DNA of 64,000 nucleotides from positions 15,504 to 79,503 of IMG/VR virus record IMGVR_UViG_3300043778_000098. The stretch is one strand, 5' to 3'. Source of the stretch: a virus. Numbering within the stretch: the stretch's first letter is position 1; each line of letters starts with the position of its first letter. This document shows, one piece after another, positions 1 through 10,384 of the stretch. Under the pieces are notes generated by a model that had not been told where the DNA came from, made no database searches, and was given only the letters and a program-made list of their open reading frames with translations. A program made the position numbers and the translations under genes.

Positions 1-2950
1 CGCCGGGCTCCGCCCGGCCCAGGCCCGCCCGGCCCAGGCCCGCAGGCCGTTCGGCGAGCTGGCGCCCCACGAGCAGCAGGCGGTGGCCCTCTACCACCGG
101 CAGATGCTCGAAGAGGGGAACGCCCCCCAGGGCAGCACCACCGGCGACTACCTGTACGAGCCCCGCCAGGAGCCCAGGGGCGACTTCATCAACCGCTACA
201 TGGACGCCGACGACGAGTTCAAGCGGGAGTACGGGCGCGGGGCGGCCGACTGGGAGGCCCACCACCAGGACACAGTGGCCCGCCACCCGATCCCCGCCTA
301 CCCGCCCGAGGGCCGGTGGCCGCTGATCGTCAGCGACGCCAACCCGAACTACATCGACGACGGCTACCACCGGATGCACTCCTACATGCGGGACGGCGCC
401 ACCGAGATCCCCACGATCAGGATGCACCCCAAGAGGGCCTCGAAGACGGCCGCCGCCGGGGACCCCGACTTTAGGGACCTCATCCCCAATTCCTGCACCC
501 AGTGCGGGAAGCCGGTGCACTACCGCCCCGGCGCCGGCAGGAACGGCACCTACCCGTGGCGGCACCGGCACCAGGCCATCGAAGACCACGCCGCCGTCCC
601 GTCCAACCCCGACGACAGGCGGCCGTCGCAGAACGCCACCTTCGGCGGCACCACCTGCCTGATGTGCCACGAGCCGGTGAAGATCAACCTGAACGCGCTG
701 GACACCGACACCGGCGGCTGGCACCACCACGACGGCATGAAGCGCGACCACCCCGCCATCCCGAAGGACGCCCGCGCCGTCTACGACGCCATCCCGGGCA
801 TCAGGGCGCAGCATGACCAGGCCCGCCAGCAGATCCGCGAGCACCTGCACCGGCAGTTCGAGCAGATGGAAGGCAGGCCGCTGCCCCGGCGCCCGAGAGG
901 CGACGAGGACCGGATGCCGCCCGACCCGTTCACGGCCAGACGCAAGAGGGCCAGGCGCCAGGCCGCCGGCCGCTTCCGCGAAGAGTTCACGCACTGCTCC
1001 AATTGCGGGGTCCCGCTGCTGGACGCCGACGACATCAGCGCCGCCGACTCGCCCGGCGACTGGTCGCACCACGGCTACCCGCACCTGTGCATGAACTGCG
1101 CCATCGGGCCGATCTCCGACGAGGGGACCATCCCCGGGACTCCCGGCAAGCCGCACCCGATCTTTCCGGGCAACAAGGGCGGCTATCACCTTCGCCCGGG
1201 GCTGGCAGGCGACCCCATGCCCACCGACCGCCTTCCCGAGAGCTACCGGAACTGGGAGCCGGGCGACGCGGTCCGGCAGTCCACGTCGAGCCGGAAGACG
1301 GCCTACGGGGAGACCCGCGTGCCGCCCCAGGTGGACACGCTGCGGATGGACGAGTGCCCCGTCTGCGGCGAGCACAACGTGTGGTCGGGCAGCCGGTGCC
1401 CGGTTTGCGGCTTCGTGGTGCCGCCCAGTGTCTTCCGCGATCCCGACACCGACAAGGCGCGGCAGGTGCGCGACCAGCTCGACGCCGACGGCGAGGTCAC
1501 CGAGGACCCGCAGGACCCCCAGGGCCAGGAAATGGGCGAGGAGGAGCAGATCGGCAGCGGCGATGACGCCGACGACCAGCTCACCCACCCGGACCAGATC
1601 GCCCCGGACGGGGTGCCGGTCGTGCAGGGCGAGGGCGGCCCGGTGCCCGGCGAGGAAGAGGGCGCGCAGGCGGGGCCGCCCCCCGAGGAAGAGGGCGAAG
1701 AGCAGGGCGAGCCCGGCGGGATCCCCGGCGACGCCGGCGAGGAGGGCGGCCCTCCCGTGGACCAGGAAGAGGAGCCAGGCGACGAGCTGGAGTGCCCCGC
1801 GTGCGGCACCACGTTCGAGACCGACGCCTACGCCCAGCCGGGCATGCCGTGCCCCGCCTGCGGCATGGCCAACCTCCACCCGATCGACGAGAGCGGCGAA
1901 GACGGGGAGTTCCCGCCCGATGACGGCGACCCTGACGGCGAGGAGGAGGAGGGCGACGGCCCCCAGAAGGATCAGGAAGACGATCCGTCCGCTCCGGGAG
2001 ACGAGAAGGAAGAGGACGAGGACATGCCAGCAAAGACAGGCGCCGCGCTCATGCAGGCCCAGGCGCGGAGGATCGCCGAGCAGTCGGCGATGATCGAGGC
2101 GCTGTCGGCCCAGCTGCGCTACCTCGCCTCGGCCGCCGGGGTCGGGCGGGAACTCGACGAGGTCGGCCGCAGGGTGATGCGGCGCCACGCCGACATCATG
2201 AACCCGGCCAGCCCGGTGCCCGACCCGCCCGAGGGGCCGCCGTCGGAGACCACCGAGCAGGCGCTGATGCCGGAGGCGATGGACGACCCGTCGCGCCCCG
2301 GCGCCACCCCGGGCGCCAACTCCCGGGTGCCGGCCGCGCAGACCACCACGGCGATCACCCCCGGCGTGGAGATGCAGACGCCCCCGGCGACCAACCTGGT
2401 CGACGTCACCGCGCCGGTCCAGGGCACCAACCCGTCGCAGGACGGCGGCGTGCCGATCGAGCAGCGCAGGATCGAGACCGATGTGCGCATTGACCCCGAC
2501 CCGCTGAAGGCGCACGGCCCCGGCATCGGCGGCCAGGGCGACAACGGCGCCGCGTTCCCGTGGATGCTGGACGCGCGGATGCCAGACCAGGGCGGCCAGC
2601 CCGGCCAGGGCCAGCGCGCGGCGTCGCTGCACTCGCAGCCGGGCGAGGCGGAATCCTCGCGGCGCACCTTCGGGGCGATCCGCCTGGCGAGGCTCCGGGT
2701 CCAGGCGGGCCTCGCCCAGGGCGACGAGCTGGCCGTAGCCGAGCGCATCGAGAGGGACGCCTCCCTGTCCACCGCGATGATCGAGCACGACATCTCCACT
2801 CTGGAGCAGGTCGGGGCTGTGGCCCGCCCCCAGGCCCCTCTCCAGCGGCAGGCGGCCCGCTCCGCCCCGTCGCTGGCGTCGGTGGGCGCGGCCAGCCAGT
2901 ACGCCCCGGCCGCCGCCGACGACCTCGACGGCTCGGACCTGTTCCTGTAG
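1..2950 (+). CDS. C-terminal part of capsid maturation protease/scaffold polyprotein (starts upstream of window)
   Basis: Frame is open from position 2. It has CxxC Zn ribbons, an acidic linker and KTA-type motifs (RKTAYGETRVPPQVDTLR), and lies upstream of the capsid genes. Confidence 0.6.
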   Translation, partial: AGLRPAQARPAQARRPFGELAPHEQQAVALYHRQMLEEGNAPQGSTTGDYLYEPRQEPRGDFINRYMDADDEFKREYGRGAADWEAHHQDTVARHPIPAYPPEGRWPLIVSDANPNYIDDGYHRMHSYMRDGATEIPTIRMHPKRASKTAAAGDPDFRDLIPNSCTQCGKPVHYRPGAGRNGTYPWRHRHQAIEDHAAVPSNPDDRRPSQNATFGGTTCLMCHEPVKINLNALDTDTGGWHHHDGMKRDHPAIPKDARAVYDAIPGIRAQHDQARQQIREHLHRQFEQMEGRPLPRRPRGDEDRMPPDPFTARRKRARRQAAGRFREEFTHCSNCGVPLLDADDISAADSPGDWSHHGYPHLCMNCAIGPISDEGTIPGTPGKPHPIFPGNKGGYHLRPGLAGDPMPTDRLPESYRNWEPGDAVRQSTSSRKTAYGETRVPPQVDTLRMDECPVCGEHNVWSGSRCPVCGFVVPPSVFRDPDTDKARQVRDQLDADGEVTEDPQDPQGQEMGEEEQIGSGDDADDQLTHPDQIAPDGVPVVQGEGGPVPGEEEGAQAGPPPEEEGEEQGEPGGIPGDAGEEGGPPVDQEEEPGDELECPACGTTFETDAYAQPGMPCPACGMANLHPIDESGEDGEFPPDDGDPDGEEEEGDGPQKDQEDDPSAPGDEKEEDEDMPAKTGAALMQAQARRIAEQSAMIEALSAQLRYLASAAGVGRELDEVGRRVMRRHADIMNPASPVPDPPEGPPSETTEQALMPEAMDDPSRPGATPGANSRVPAAQTTTAITPGVEMQTPPATNLVDVTAPVQGTNPSQDGGVPIEQRRIETDVRIDPDPLKAHGPGIGGQGDNGAAFPWMLDARMPDQGGQPGQGQRAASLHSQPGEAESSRRTFGAIRLARLRVQAGLAQGDELAVAERIERDASLSTAMIEHDISTLEQVGAVARPQAPLQRQAARSAPSLASVGAASQYAPAAADDLDGSDLFL

Positions 2951-3283
2951 ATGACCTGGACGGTGACCCTCGACGGCGGGGACCGGGAGGTGGTCCTCCC
3001 CAACGGTCTCCGCTATCAGGGCGCCGCCGAGGCGGTCCTGTCCGACCGCTGGTACGCGCAGCTGTCGGCGGCTGCCCTGGAGAGCCTGATGAGCGCCTCC
3101 TACCTCGGGGGGATCGCCTCCTACGCGGTGACGATGGCGGAGGGGGCCTCCATGGTCGTGCTCCCCGACGGGCTCCCCCACAAGGCGGGCGACCAGGTGC
3201 TGCTGTCCGACGAGCAGTACTCGCTGGTAACCCCGGCGGCGGCGGAGGCGTTCTTCAGTTCCGTAGTGACGACGGTGGCCTGA
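2951..3283 (+). CDS. Virion protein with two VVLPxGxxYxxG repeats
   Basis: Abuts the previous stop codon; internal duplication. Confidence 0.65.
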   Translation: MTWTVTLDGGDREVVLPNGLRYQGAAEAVLSDRWYAQLSAAALESLMSASYLGGIASYAVTMAEGASMVVLPDGLPHKAGDQVLLSDEQYSLVTPAAAEAFFSSVVTTVA

Positions 3284-4287
3284 TGGCGTGGCAGGTGACG
3301 GTCGAGTCCGGGCTGAAGGAGGTGGTTCTCCCCGACGGGCTCCGCTACCAGGGCGGCGATGTCGCCGTGCTGGACGACGCCCAGTACGGGTCGATGTCGG
3401 CCAACGCGGTCGCCACCCTGTTCAGCGCGGTCGAGCAGATCGGCGGGGGCGGCGGCGGCGGAGGGTCCGTCAGCAGCGTCAACGACGTCGACCCGGTAGA
3501 CGGCAACGTGACGCTAACGCCCGCCAGCATCGGGGCGGTGTCCGGCACCGGCGGCGGCAAGGAGACGATCGGCGCCCTCGGCGACGTCACCGGGACCGCG
3601 ACCGTCAGCCTGGCCGACGGCAACGTCTTCACGGCCACGATGACGGGCGGCACGACCTGGACGTTCTCGGGCGCGACCAGCGGGAAGTCGTGCTCGTTCG
3701 ACCTGCGCCTGAGCCAGGACGGCACCGGCGGCCGGGTGGCCACCTGGCCGGGCAGCGTGACCTGGGTCGGCGGGACGGCGCCGTCGCCGGACACGTCGGC
3801 GGGCGCCCTGAGCGTCTACTCCTTCGAGAGCCTGGACGGCGGGACGACATGGCTCGGCTCCCTGGTGCAGGAGCTGCCGTCGTGGGCCCTCGCGTCGGCC
3901 GCCGCCGCGATCCTCGCGCTCCTGGCGGGCGGCGTCACCCTGCCCGCCTACCTGGCCCCGGCGGTCGTCACGCTCGCACAGTCCGGCGGGTCCGTCGCGC
4001 TGGACGGGACGCTGGGCAACATCTTCCGCCTCACCCTCACGGCGTCAGGCTGGACGCTGGCCAACCCGACGGGCCTCGCCGACGGCCAGCCGGTGGAGGT
4101 CGACCTGATCCAGGGCACCGGAGGCGGCTTCACGATCAGCTACGGGTCCGCGTGGGACTTCGGGGCGGCCGGCGAGCCGACCCTGAGCGTCACGGCGGGG
4201 AAGGTCGACTACCTGATCGGCCGCTACTCCGCCGTCGCCAACGGCGGGGCGGGCGCCGTCGTCGTCTCCCCCGCGCTGGGGTACTGA
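3283..4287 (+). CDS. Virion fibre/decoration protein
   Basis: TGATG coupling; N-terminus repeats the domain of the previous gene; Gly linker followed by beta-rich domains. Confidence 0.6.
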   Translation: MAWQVTVESGLKEVVLPDGLRYQGGDVAVLDDAQYGSMSANAVATLFSAVEQIGGGGGGGGSVSSVNDVDPVDGNVTLTPASIGAVSGTGGGKETIGALGDVTGTATVSLADGNVFTATMTGGTTWTFSGATSGKSCSFDLRLSQDGTGGRVATWPGSVTWVGGTAPSPDTSAGALSVYSFESLDGGTTWLGSLVQELPSWALASAAAAILALLAGGVTLPAYLAPAVVTLAQSGGSVALDGTLGNIFRLTLTASGWTLANPTGLADGQPVEVDLIQGTGGGFTISYGSAWDFGAAGEPTLSVTAGKVDYLIGRYSAVANGGAGAVVVSPALGY

Positions 4288-4997
4288 TGGGATTCGCCCT
4301 CGTCAGCGCCGGGGAGGTCGCCTACGGCAACCCGAACTACACGGGGGAGATCGCCCCGTCGTTCGGGGCGTCCACCGGCGCAGGCCACCTGCTGGTCGCG
4401 TGCCTCTACAGCGGGTCCAGCGACGCGACCAACCCGTACACCTGCGAAGACGACACGTGGGCTCAGGTCGAGCCGAGCGACGAGTCCTACAACTGGTCTG
4501 ACATCTGGTACAAGGAGGACTGCGGGGCCGGGGAGGCGCCTCCCGTGTTCGGGCTGTCCGACTCGACCACCTCGGCCGGGATGCTCCTGGAGTTCAGCGG
4601 CGGGGCGACGGCGGGGGCGCTCGACCAGGACGGCGGCCCGGCCTCTTCCGGCGAGACGCTCTCCGCCTCGGCGGGCGGCCCTGACGGCGGCGGGGGCCGC
4701 CTGCTCGTGTTCGCCGGGGGGTGGAACGGCGGCAGCGGGGCGACGACGATCGTCAACTCCGCGACGGACTCCTCCGGGGCCAGCGTCTCCCTGACCTCGT
4801 ACAACGACCCGGACGACACCACGGGCTTCAAGTACAGCTTCTTCTGGGGCGTGTGCGGGGAGGCGGGCGGCGAGGCCGACTCCTGCTCCTCCGTCCTGGG
4901 CGTCTACTCCGGCGGCGGCTGCTCGATGGCGACGTTCAAGCCGGGCGGCGCCGGCCCGGCGGCGGTTCCCGCCCTCGCCTGGGCGGCGGTCGTATGA
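4287..4997 (+). CDS. Gly/Ser-rich beta-sandwich virion protein
   Basis: TGATG coupling; MGFALVSAGEV... Confidence 0.55.
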   Translation: MGFALVSAGEVAYGNPNYTGEIAPSFGASTGAGHLLVACLYSGSSDATNPYTCEDDTWAQVEPSDESYNWSDIWYKEDCGAGEAPPVFGLSDSTTSAGMLLEFSGGATAGALDQDGGPASSGETLSASAGGPDGGGGRLLVFAGGWNGGSGATTIVNSATDSSGASVSLTSYNDPDDTTGFKYSFFWGVCGEAGGEADSCSSVLGVYSGGGCSMATFKPGGAGPAAVPALAWAAVV

Positions 4998-6799
4998 CCC
5001 GCCAGTGGCGAACCCGCGAGGACGAGGAGACCGGGCTCGGGTGGGCGCGGCCGCTCGGCGGCGGCCTGGAGGCGCGGAGGCGCTCCGCCCGCGCCCGCGC
5101 GCTCCGGCCGCTGCCCGCGATCCGCTCGGCGGTCGCCGTCCACCTGGCGCTCGCACTGGCGCTGGCGCTGCTCGCCGCCCACGTCACGTCCGCCGCCCTG
5201 ATGACCGCGCCGGCCTCGCCGTCGGCGGTCTGCGGCTCGCCGTCGCTCGACGGCCCGTCCTCGGCGCCGGAGGGCGCGATCACCGTGGCCGCCGGGGACA
5301 ACTCGGCCCAGAGCTGGAGCGCCGAGGGGGCGACGTACTGGCTCGCGCCCGGCGTCCACACGATCGGGACCGGCCAGTACGACCAGATCCAGGCCGCCGA
5401 CGGGGTGACCATCGAGGGGGCGCCGGGCGCCGTCCTGTCCGGGCAGGGCGACAACGAGTACGCGATCGTCAGCCTAGACACCAGCGGCGCCGACACCGGC
5501 ATCACTGTCGAGTACCTGACCGTCGAGAACTTCATTCCCGGCGGCTCGGCCGGGGCGCTCAACGAGACCGGCACCCCGGGCTGGACGATCAAGTACGACA
5601 CCGTCGAGTACAACGCCCCGGGCAGCGGGATGATGCTCGGCAGCGACAACGTCATCGAGGACGACTGCCTCGTACAGAACGGCCAGTACGCGTTCAACGG
5701 GTACTCGGCCATAGACCTCTCCAGCGTCACGGGCGGGCCGAGCGATATCACGGTCAGCGATAACGAGATCGCCTATAACGACACCTGCAACTGGGAGGAC
5801 GTGCCCTCCGGGAATTTCCCGGTGACGCCGCCCTCCGCGTGCGCCGGGATTCCCCGTTACGATGGCTGCGGATGCAGCGGGGGCGGGAAATTCTGGCATG
5901 TCCTCAATTCCACGTACACCGGTAATTACGTTCTCGATAACTACAACGTCGGCGTGTGGTGGGACACCGACAACGCAGGCGAGACGGTCACCGGCGACTA
6001 TTTCCAGGGTAATTTCGCCGAGGCGGTCATCGTCGAGGTCTCCTATAACGCCTATATCAACGGCAACGACTTCGTCGACAACTCGATCGGCGCCGGCCAG
6101 GCCGACCTGACGCCCGGCTTCCCCTCGGCCACGGTCTACATCAGCGAGTCCGGGTCCGATGACCGGGGGCAGCTGGCCACAGTGGAGTACGGCACCCAGT
6201 TCGCGGTCACCGGAAATTACTTCTGGGATAACTTCGGCGGGGTCGATCTCTGGGAGAACTCCAACCGGTTCTGCGGGACCCTCTCCACCGGGGCGGACGC
6301 CGCCTGCACCCTTGACAATGACGGCTGGACGTACGCGGACTACGGGTCGGGGGCGCCGTGCAGCCAGTCCGGGAACATCTCCGGCGCGCCCTACCTGGAG
6401 GACTGCCGCTGGAAAACCCAGAATGTCGCCGTCTCCGGCAACACGTTCTACAACAATCCCTCGGACCCGGTTTACGCCGGGAGCTGCACGACCGAGAACC
6501 TGTGCGGCTATAACGGGATCTTCAGCGAGGTCGCCACCTACGCCCCGTATTCCGAGCTGCCGGATGACGATCCCGGCTATCTCGTGGCCGACAGCATCAC
6601 CTACGACCAGGACAACGAGTTCGCCGGCAACACCTACTGCGGCTCATGGGGGTTCGAGTCCCTCTTGCAGGGCAACGCGATCGCCTGGTCGGCGTGGCAG
6701 GCCTCGCCGTCGGGCCAGGACGCCGGGAGCACCATGAACGGCCCGGGCTGCGCGGCCGCCGCCCCTGCGGGCCACGTCGGCGGGCGGCGGCGCCGGTGA
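4994..6799 (+). CDS. Right-handed parallel beta-helix (pectin lyase-like) protein
   Basis: ATGA overlap; YWLAPGVH and GVWWDTDN motifs with Asn-ladder repeats; hydrophobic N-terminal segment. Confidence 0.75.
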   Translation: MTRQWRTREDEETGLGWARPLGGGLEARRRSARARALRPLPAIRSAVAVHLALALALALLAAHVTSAALMTAPASPSAVCGSPSLDGPSSAPEGAITVAAGDNSAQSWSAEGATYWLAPGVHTIGTGQYDQIQAADGVTIEGAPGAVLSGQGDNEYAIVSLDTSGADTGITVEYLTVENFIPGGSAGALNETGTPGWTIKYDTVEYNAPGSGMMLGSDNVIEDDCLVQNGQYAFNGYSAIDLSSVTGGPSDITVSDNEIAYNDTCNWEDVPSGNFPVTPPSACAGIPRYDGCGCSGGGKFWHVLNSTYTGNYVLDNYNVGVWWDTDNAGETVTGDYFQGNFAEAVIVEVSYNAYINGNDFVDNSIGAGQADLTPGFPSATVYISESGSDDRGQLATVEYGTQFAVTGNYFWDNFGGVDLWENSNRFCGTLSTGADAACTLDNDGWTYADYGSGAPCSQSGNISGAPYLEDCRWKTQNVAVSGNTFYNNPSDPVYAGSCTTENLCGYNGIFSEVATYAPYSELPDDDPGYLVADSITYDQDNEFAGNTYCGSWGFESLLQGNAIAWSAWQASPSGQDAGSTMNGPGCAAAAPAGHVGGRRRR

Positions 6800-6881
6800 T
6801 GACGCCTTTTCCCCTCTGCGCCCCAGAAGGAATAGCAGGAGGGCCTTCAGCCCAGGCTCATGAGAAAACGGAGATCTCGGA

Positions 6882-7502
6882 ATGATCCGGACTTACCTGT
6901 CTAACGACTACGTTAAGCGGACAATTCGCCCGTTGTACTCGTGGACCCAGGCGACCCCCAAGTCGTGCTTCCTCGACCCCGCGTGGACCCGCGCCGTCCC
7001 CATCTGGCCGGGCATGGGCTTCGTCCGCACCGGCGGCGACCTGGTGGCCCTCGCGGGCGCCAACAGCACCCAGATGGGCGGCAAGTCCATGACGGGCACC
7101 GCCTACTCCGGGAACGCGGGCACCACCCTGTCGGCGGCGGGCAACCTGCCGATCTACGGGCTGGGCGCCCTGTACGTCGGCGGCGACGGCATCGACGAGC
7201 TTCTCTACGCCGGCATCAACGCCTTCGCCGTGTGGGTGCTCGGCCCGGACTCGGAGTTCGAGATCCTCGCCCCCGCCTTCGACGCCACCCAGTCCTGGAC
7301 CGACCCGGCCGACGGGTCCGGCGCCGCGTTCGTCGGCGTCAGCACGGCGACCTCCAACCAGGGGATGCTCGTCCCCTGGTCGTCGAGCACGACCATCTCC
7401 GCGCCGGTCGCCCGGCTGCTGAAGGTCAACTCGGCCACCAAGCTCACCATCGGCGGCCTCAACGCCTACGACGCGGCCGAGCTGACCGCCGCCAGGGCCT
7501 GA
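6882..7502 (+). CDS. Capsid decoration/minor capsid protein
   Basis: Directly before the major capsid gene; KRTIRPLY motif; strong codon bias. Confidence 0.65.
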   Translation: MIRTYLSNDYVKRTIRPLYSWTQATPKSCFLDPAWTRAVPIWPGMGFVRTGGDLVALAGANSTQMGGKSMTGTAYSGNAGTTLSAAGNLPIYGLGALYVGGDGIDELLYAGINAFAVWVLGPDSEFEILAPAFDATQSWTDPADGSGAAFVGVSTATSNQGMLVPWSSSTTISAPVARLLKVNSATKLTIGGLNAYDAAELTAARA

Positions 7503-7536
7503 CCGGAACACGCGGGAACACAGGAAAGGGAACCAC

Positions 7537-8562
7537 ATGAACGAGCTGGCTACCGTTTCGGCCGGCGGGCAGCTGGCGCTGGCCCCCGGCGGCGGCCTGC
7601 GGCCCCGCGTGGCGTCGCGCAAGTCCGACGACTACGTCGCCCAGATCGAGGCCCGGCGGGCGCGGACCGGCGGGGTCTCGCTGACCCGCGAGGCCAAGGT
7701 CCGCAAGATGGCCCTCATCCTCTCCGACGAGATGCACGGCTTCCGCAGGCTCGGCGTCGGCATGGTCGGCCCGATCCAGCTGAAGCTGAGGTACCAGGGC
7801 ATCGTCCGCAACGTCCTGATCGAGGACCCGGTCACCCCCGGCACCCCCGTCGAGTACGACGTGTGGGACGACCTGGGCCAGGCCTACATCCTGTCCGGCA
7901 CCGAGGGCGAGGTCCGCGTCACCCCGTTCGAGGGCAAGCGGATCCCGGTGCGGTTCTTCCGCATCGCCTCCCGCCCGGCGCTGCGCAAGGAGGACCTGTT
8001 CTACCTGCGCATCAACGCGGTCGAGCAGGCCCAGGACGAGACCAAGCAGGCGATCCTCAAGCAGGAGGACGCCCGGCTGCTGGTCCTCCTCCAGGCCGCC
8101 ATCACCGACTACGCGACGCGCCCCGACCACGTGGTCACCCCCAACCACAACATCACCGAGGCGTCGGGCTACCTGACCCCGGGCTCGCTCTACAGCGCGG
8201 TCGCCATGACCGACCTGCACGAGCTGCCCAGCGCGCGGATCCTGATCAACCCGTTCGACTACCGGGACATGTTCCGCTGGGACATCAACCAGACCGGCTG
8301 GGCGTTCAAGGACCGGGTCGTCGCCGGCGAGACCATCACCAGCTTCGGCGAGTTCCAGATCCAGCGGTCGATCATCGTCCCGCAGGCCAAGATCTTCCTC
8401 GCGCCCGAGCCGAATTTCCTCGGCGTTTTCCCGATCCTATATTCGCTCGACGTAGAAGAGAACCATAATGTTGAAGCCTTCTGGAAAGGATGGGTCTTCG
8501 ATGAAATGATTGCGATGTCCATTCTAAATCCGAGGGGCCTCGCCAGCATTACGAAGAGCTGA
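7537..8562 (+). CDS. Major capsid protein
   Basis: 341 aa; GPIQLKLRYQGIVRNVLIED motif; strongest codon bias; followed by a terminator. Confidence 0.9.
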   Translation: MNELATVSAGGQLALAPGGGLRPRVASRKSDDYVAQIEARRARTGGVSLTREAKVRKMALILSDEMHGFRRLGVGMVGPIQLKLRYQGIVRNVLIEDPVTPGTPVEYDVWDDLGQAYILSGTEGEVRVTPFEGKRIPVRFFRIASRPALRKEDLFYLRINAVEQAQDETKQAILKQEDARLLVLLQAAITDYATRPDHVVTPNHNITEASGYLTPGSLYSAVAMTDLHELPSARILINPFDYRDMFRWDINQTGWAFKDRVVAGETITSFGEFQIQRSIIVPQAKIFLAPEPNFLGVFPILYSLDVEENHNVEAFWKGWVFDEMIAMSILNPRGLASITKS

Positions 8563-8581
8563 CCTGTTCAGAGCATTAAAT

Positions 8582-8618
8582 CGAACACCTCGTCTAATCG
8601 ACGGGGTGTTCGCATTTT
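8582..8618 (+). terminator. Intrinsic terminator
   Basis: cgaacacctcgtc/gacggggtgttcg stem followed by a T run. Confidence 0.75.
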
Positions 8619-8629
8619 ATTAGTGATAT

Positions 8630-9202
8630 TTACTTAATATTCGCCTGATGAGGACAGATCCCTCGGTTCCACTGCTTCCCGCAATTACAGTTGGCGCACA
8701 GCACCTGAAATCCGTCCGGGTAATTGTTATTCCGCAGCCATCGATAAGTTCGAGCCCCGGCCTGGCTATATTCAAGGCCGGTTTCTCCTGCCATCTTCCT
8801 CCGGTGCTCAGCACCGTTGTCGTCGATGTGGTCGATCGTCAGGAAGACCAGCTCCGTCTCTCCGCAGCAAGCGCAGACGCCCCCGTAGGCGTCCATGACC
8901 TGACGCTTTAGCTTCAGGAGAGACTTCCGGTTGTACTCGCTGTACTTCCCCGGGTTGGCCTGCCGCCAAGCGTCTCCGTACTGCTTCCTGACTCCAGGGT
9001 TGCGAGCGTAGTAGTTGTCGAGGTTGGCGCGGACGCTCCTGCGCCGGGTCTCCAGGTGCGCCTCGGGGTCGGTCTCGTCGGCCACCTGGTGGACGCGGGG
9101 CCGTCCTGCCCTCTTCTTCGGCCGCAGGTCACCGGTGACCTTGTCGATCGTCCAGCCGTATGGGGCCTCCGGATCGATAGGATTATCCTCAGTAGCTATC
9201 AT
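8630..9202 (-). CDS. HNH endonuclease
   Basis: CACCG...LTIDHI...LCANCN. Confidence 0.85.
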   Translation of the reverse strand: MIATEDNPIDPEAPYGWTIDKVTGDLRPKKRAGRPRVHQVADETDPEAHLETRRRSVRANLDNYYARNPGVRKQYGDAWRQANPGKYSEYNRKSLLKLKRQVMDAYGGVCACCGETELVFLTIDHIDDNGAEHRRKMAGETGLEYSQAGARTYRWLRNNNYPDGFQVLCANCNCGKQWNRGICPHQANIK

Positions 9203-9240
9203 GTAGAGAATCTTACAACTTTCCTTGGTAGGCTATCTGC

Positions 9241-9405
9241 ATGACCGAGAGCGAGAAGAAGCGCAAAGCCCGGTGCCTGTACTGCGGCACGCTCAAGCCG
9301 GTGACCAAGTCAGGCAAGATCCGCAGGCACTGGGTCATCGGCGGCCCCACCACCACGACGGCCGGCCAGCGCGTCGTATGCGGCGGGTCAGGGAGGGCGG
9401 CGTGA
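9241..9405 (+). CDS. Small Cys/His protein, leaderless
   Basis: MTESEKKRKARCLYCG...; TAGGCT-N6-ATG. Confidence 0.55.
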   Translation: MTESEKKRKARCLYCGTLKPVTKSGKIRRHWVIGGPTTTTAGQRVVCGGSGRAA

Positions 9406-9755
9406 AGATCACCGTGGACGGCATCGAGCTGAACTCGCCCGAGGAGGCCCTGTTCTACGGCCTGATGCGGCTGTGGAAGGTCCCCTGCGAGCGCGCCGAT
9501 CGCAGCCGGGCCATCTCCGTCAACGGCAGCGGCTGGTACTGCCCGGACTTCTACCTGCCGGAGCAGGACCTCTGGGCGGAGACCAAGGGCTTCGAAGAGG
9601 AGGACCACCGGCTGCGGTACGCCTGCTGGCGCATGCCCGGGAAGAAGCTGGCGGTGCTGAGGCGCGAGCAGCTCGACGTGCTCCGGGCGATCGCCCAAGG
9701 CACCCAGGCCATCGCCTATCTCGAAGACCTGGCGTGCAAGGCGGTCAGGCTATGA
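9402..9755 (+). CDS. PD-(D/E)XK nuclease-like protein
   Basis: YCPDFYLP...WAETKG; GTGA overlap. Confidence 0.7.
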   Translation: MKITVDGIELNSPEEALFYGLMRLWKVPCERADRSRAISVNGSGWYCPDFYLPEQDLWAETKGFEEEDHRLRYACWRMPGKKLAVLRREQLDVLRAIAQGTQAIAYLEDLACKAVRL

Positions 9756-10384
9756 GCGGAGAGAACTTCCCGGTTGAGTGCGCTCACGGGAACACCGGGA
9801 TATGCCGGGATTGCGGGGGCACCACCATTCCTGTCCCCTCCCTCCCCAACGGCTGGGCCGCCGACGGGCCGCGCTTCAAGGACGCCGGCAGCTACCTGTC
9901 GGCTGACGGCGAGAATCCGGAGGCCCCGTGGCCCGGGTACGGCTGGCCGCTGGGCAGCGAGTGCTGGTACTACGTGCTGCGCAGGCGGGGCCGCCGGCTG
10001 CACGCGACCGGGCTGACCGTGGAGAGCGCCGCCCGGCGGGCAGAGCAGCTGGCCCGCGAAGAAGAGGGATTACGCGCTCACGACGGCTTGGGCCTCACCA
10101 GCTCGACGACGTCCCCGCAGATCCCGCAGTCGCACGGCACCAGCGTGGCGTCCATCCACCCCGGGTTGGCCGCCAGCCATTCGGCCAGCTGCCGCCCGCT
10201 CCAGCCGGACACGTCCTGCGTCTCGTGCATCGGCCCGTGGTGGCTCACCGGGTGCGGTTCCTCTCCGCCTCATCCAGGCAGCACTCCAGGCCGATCAGGA
10301 CCTGCCGGCGCCGCAGCAGGTACAGCGGGGTGTCCGTCGGGTCCTCCCCGTCGGCCAGCATCTCCTGCGTCGTCCACTCGCTGA
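9752..10384 (+). CDS. Hypothetical protein (3' end overlaps convergent genes)
   Basis: ATGA overlap. Confidence 0.4.
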   Translation: MSGENFPVECAHGNTGICRDCGGTTIPVPSLPNGWAADGPRFKDAGSYLSADGENPEAPWPGYGWPLGSECWYYVLRRRGRRLHATGLTVESAARRAEQLAREEEGLRAHDGLGLTSSTTSPQIPQSHGTSVASIHPGLAASHSASCRPLQPDTSCVSCIGPWWLTGCGSSPPHPGSTPGRSGPAGAAAGTAGCPSGPPRRPASPASSTR

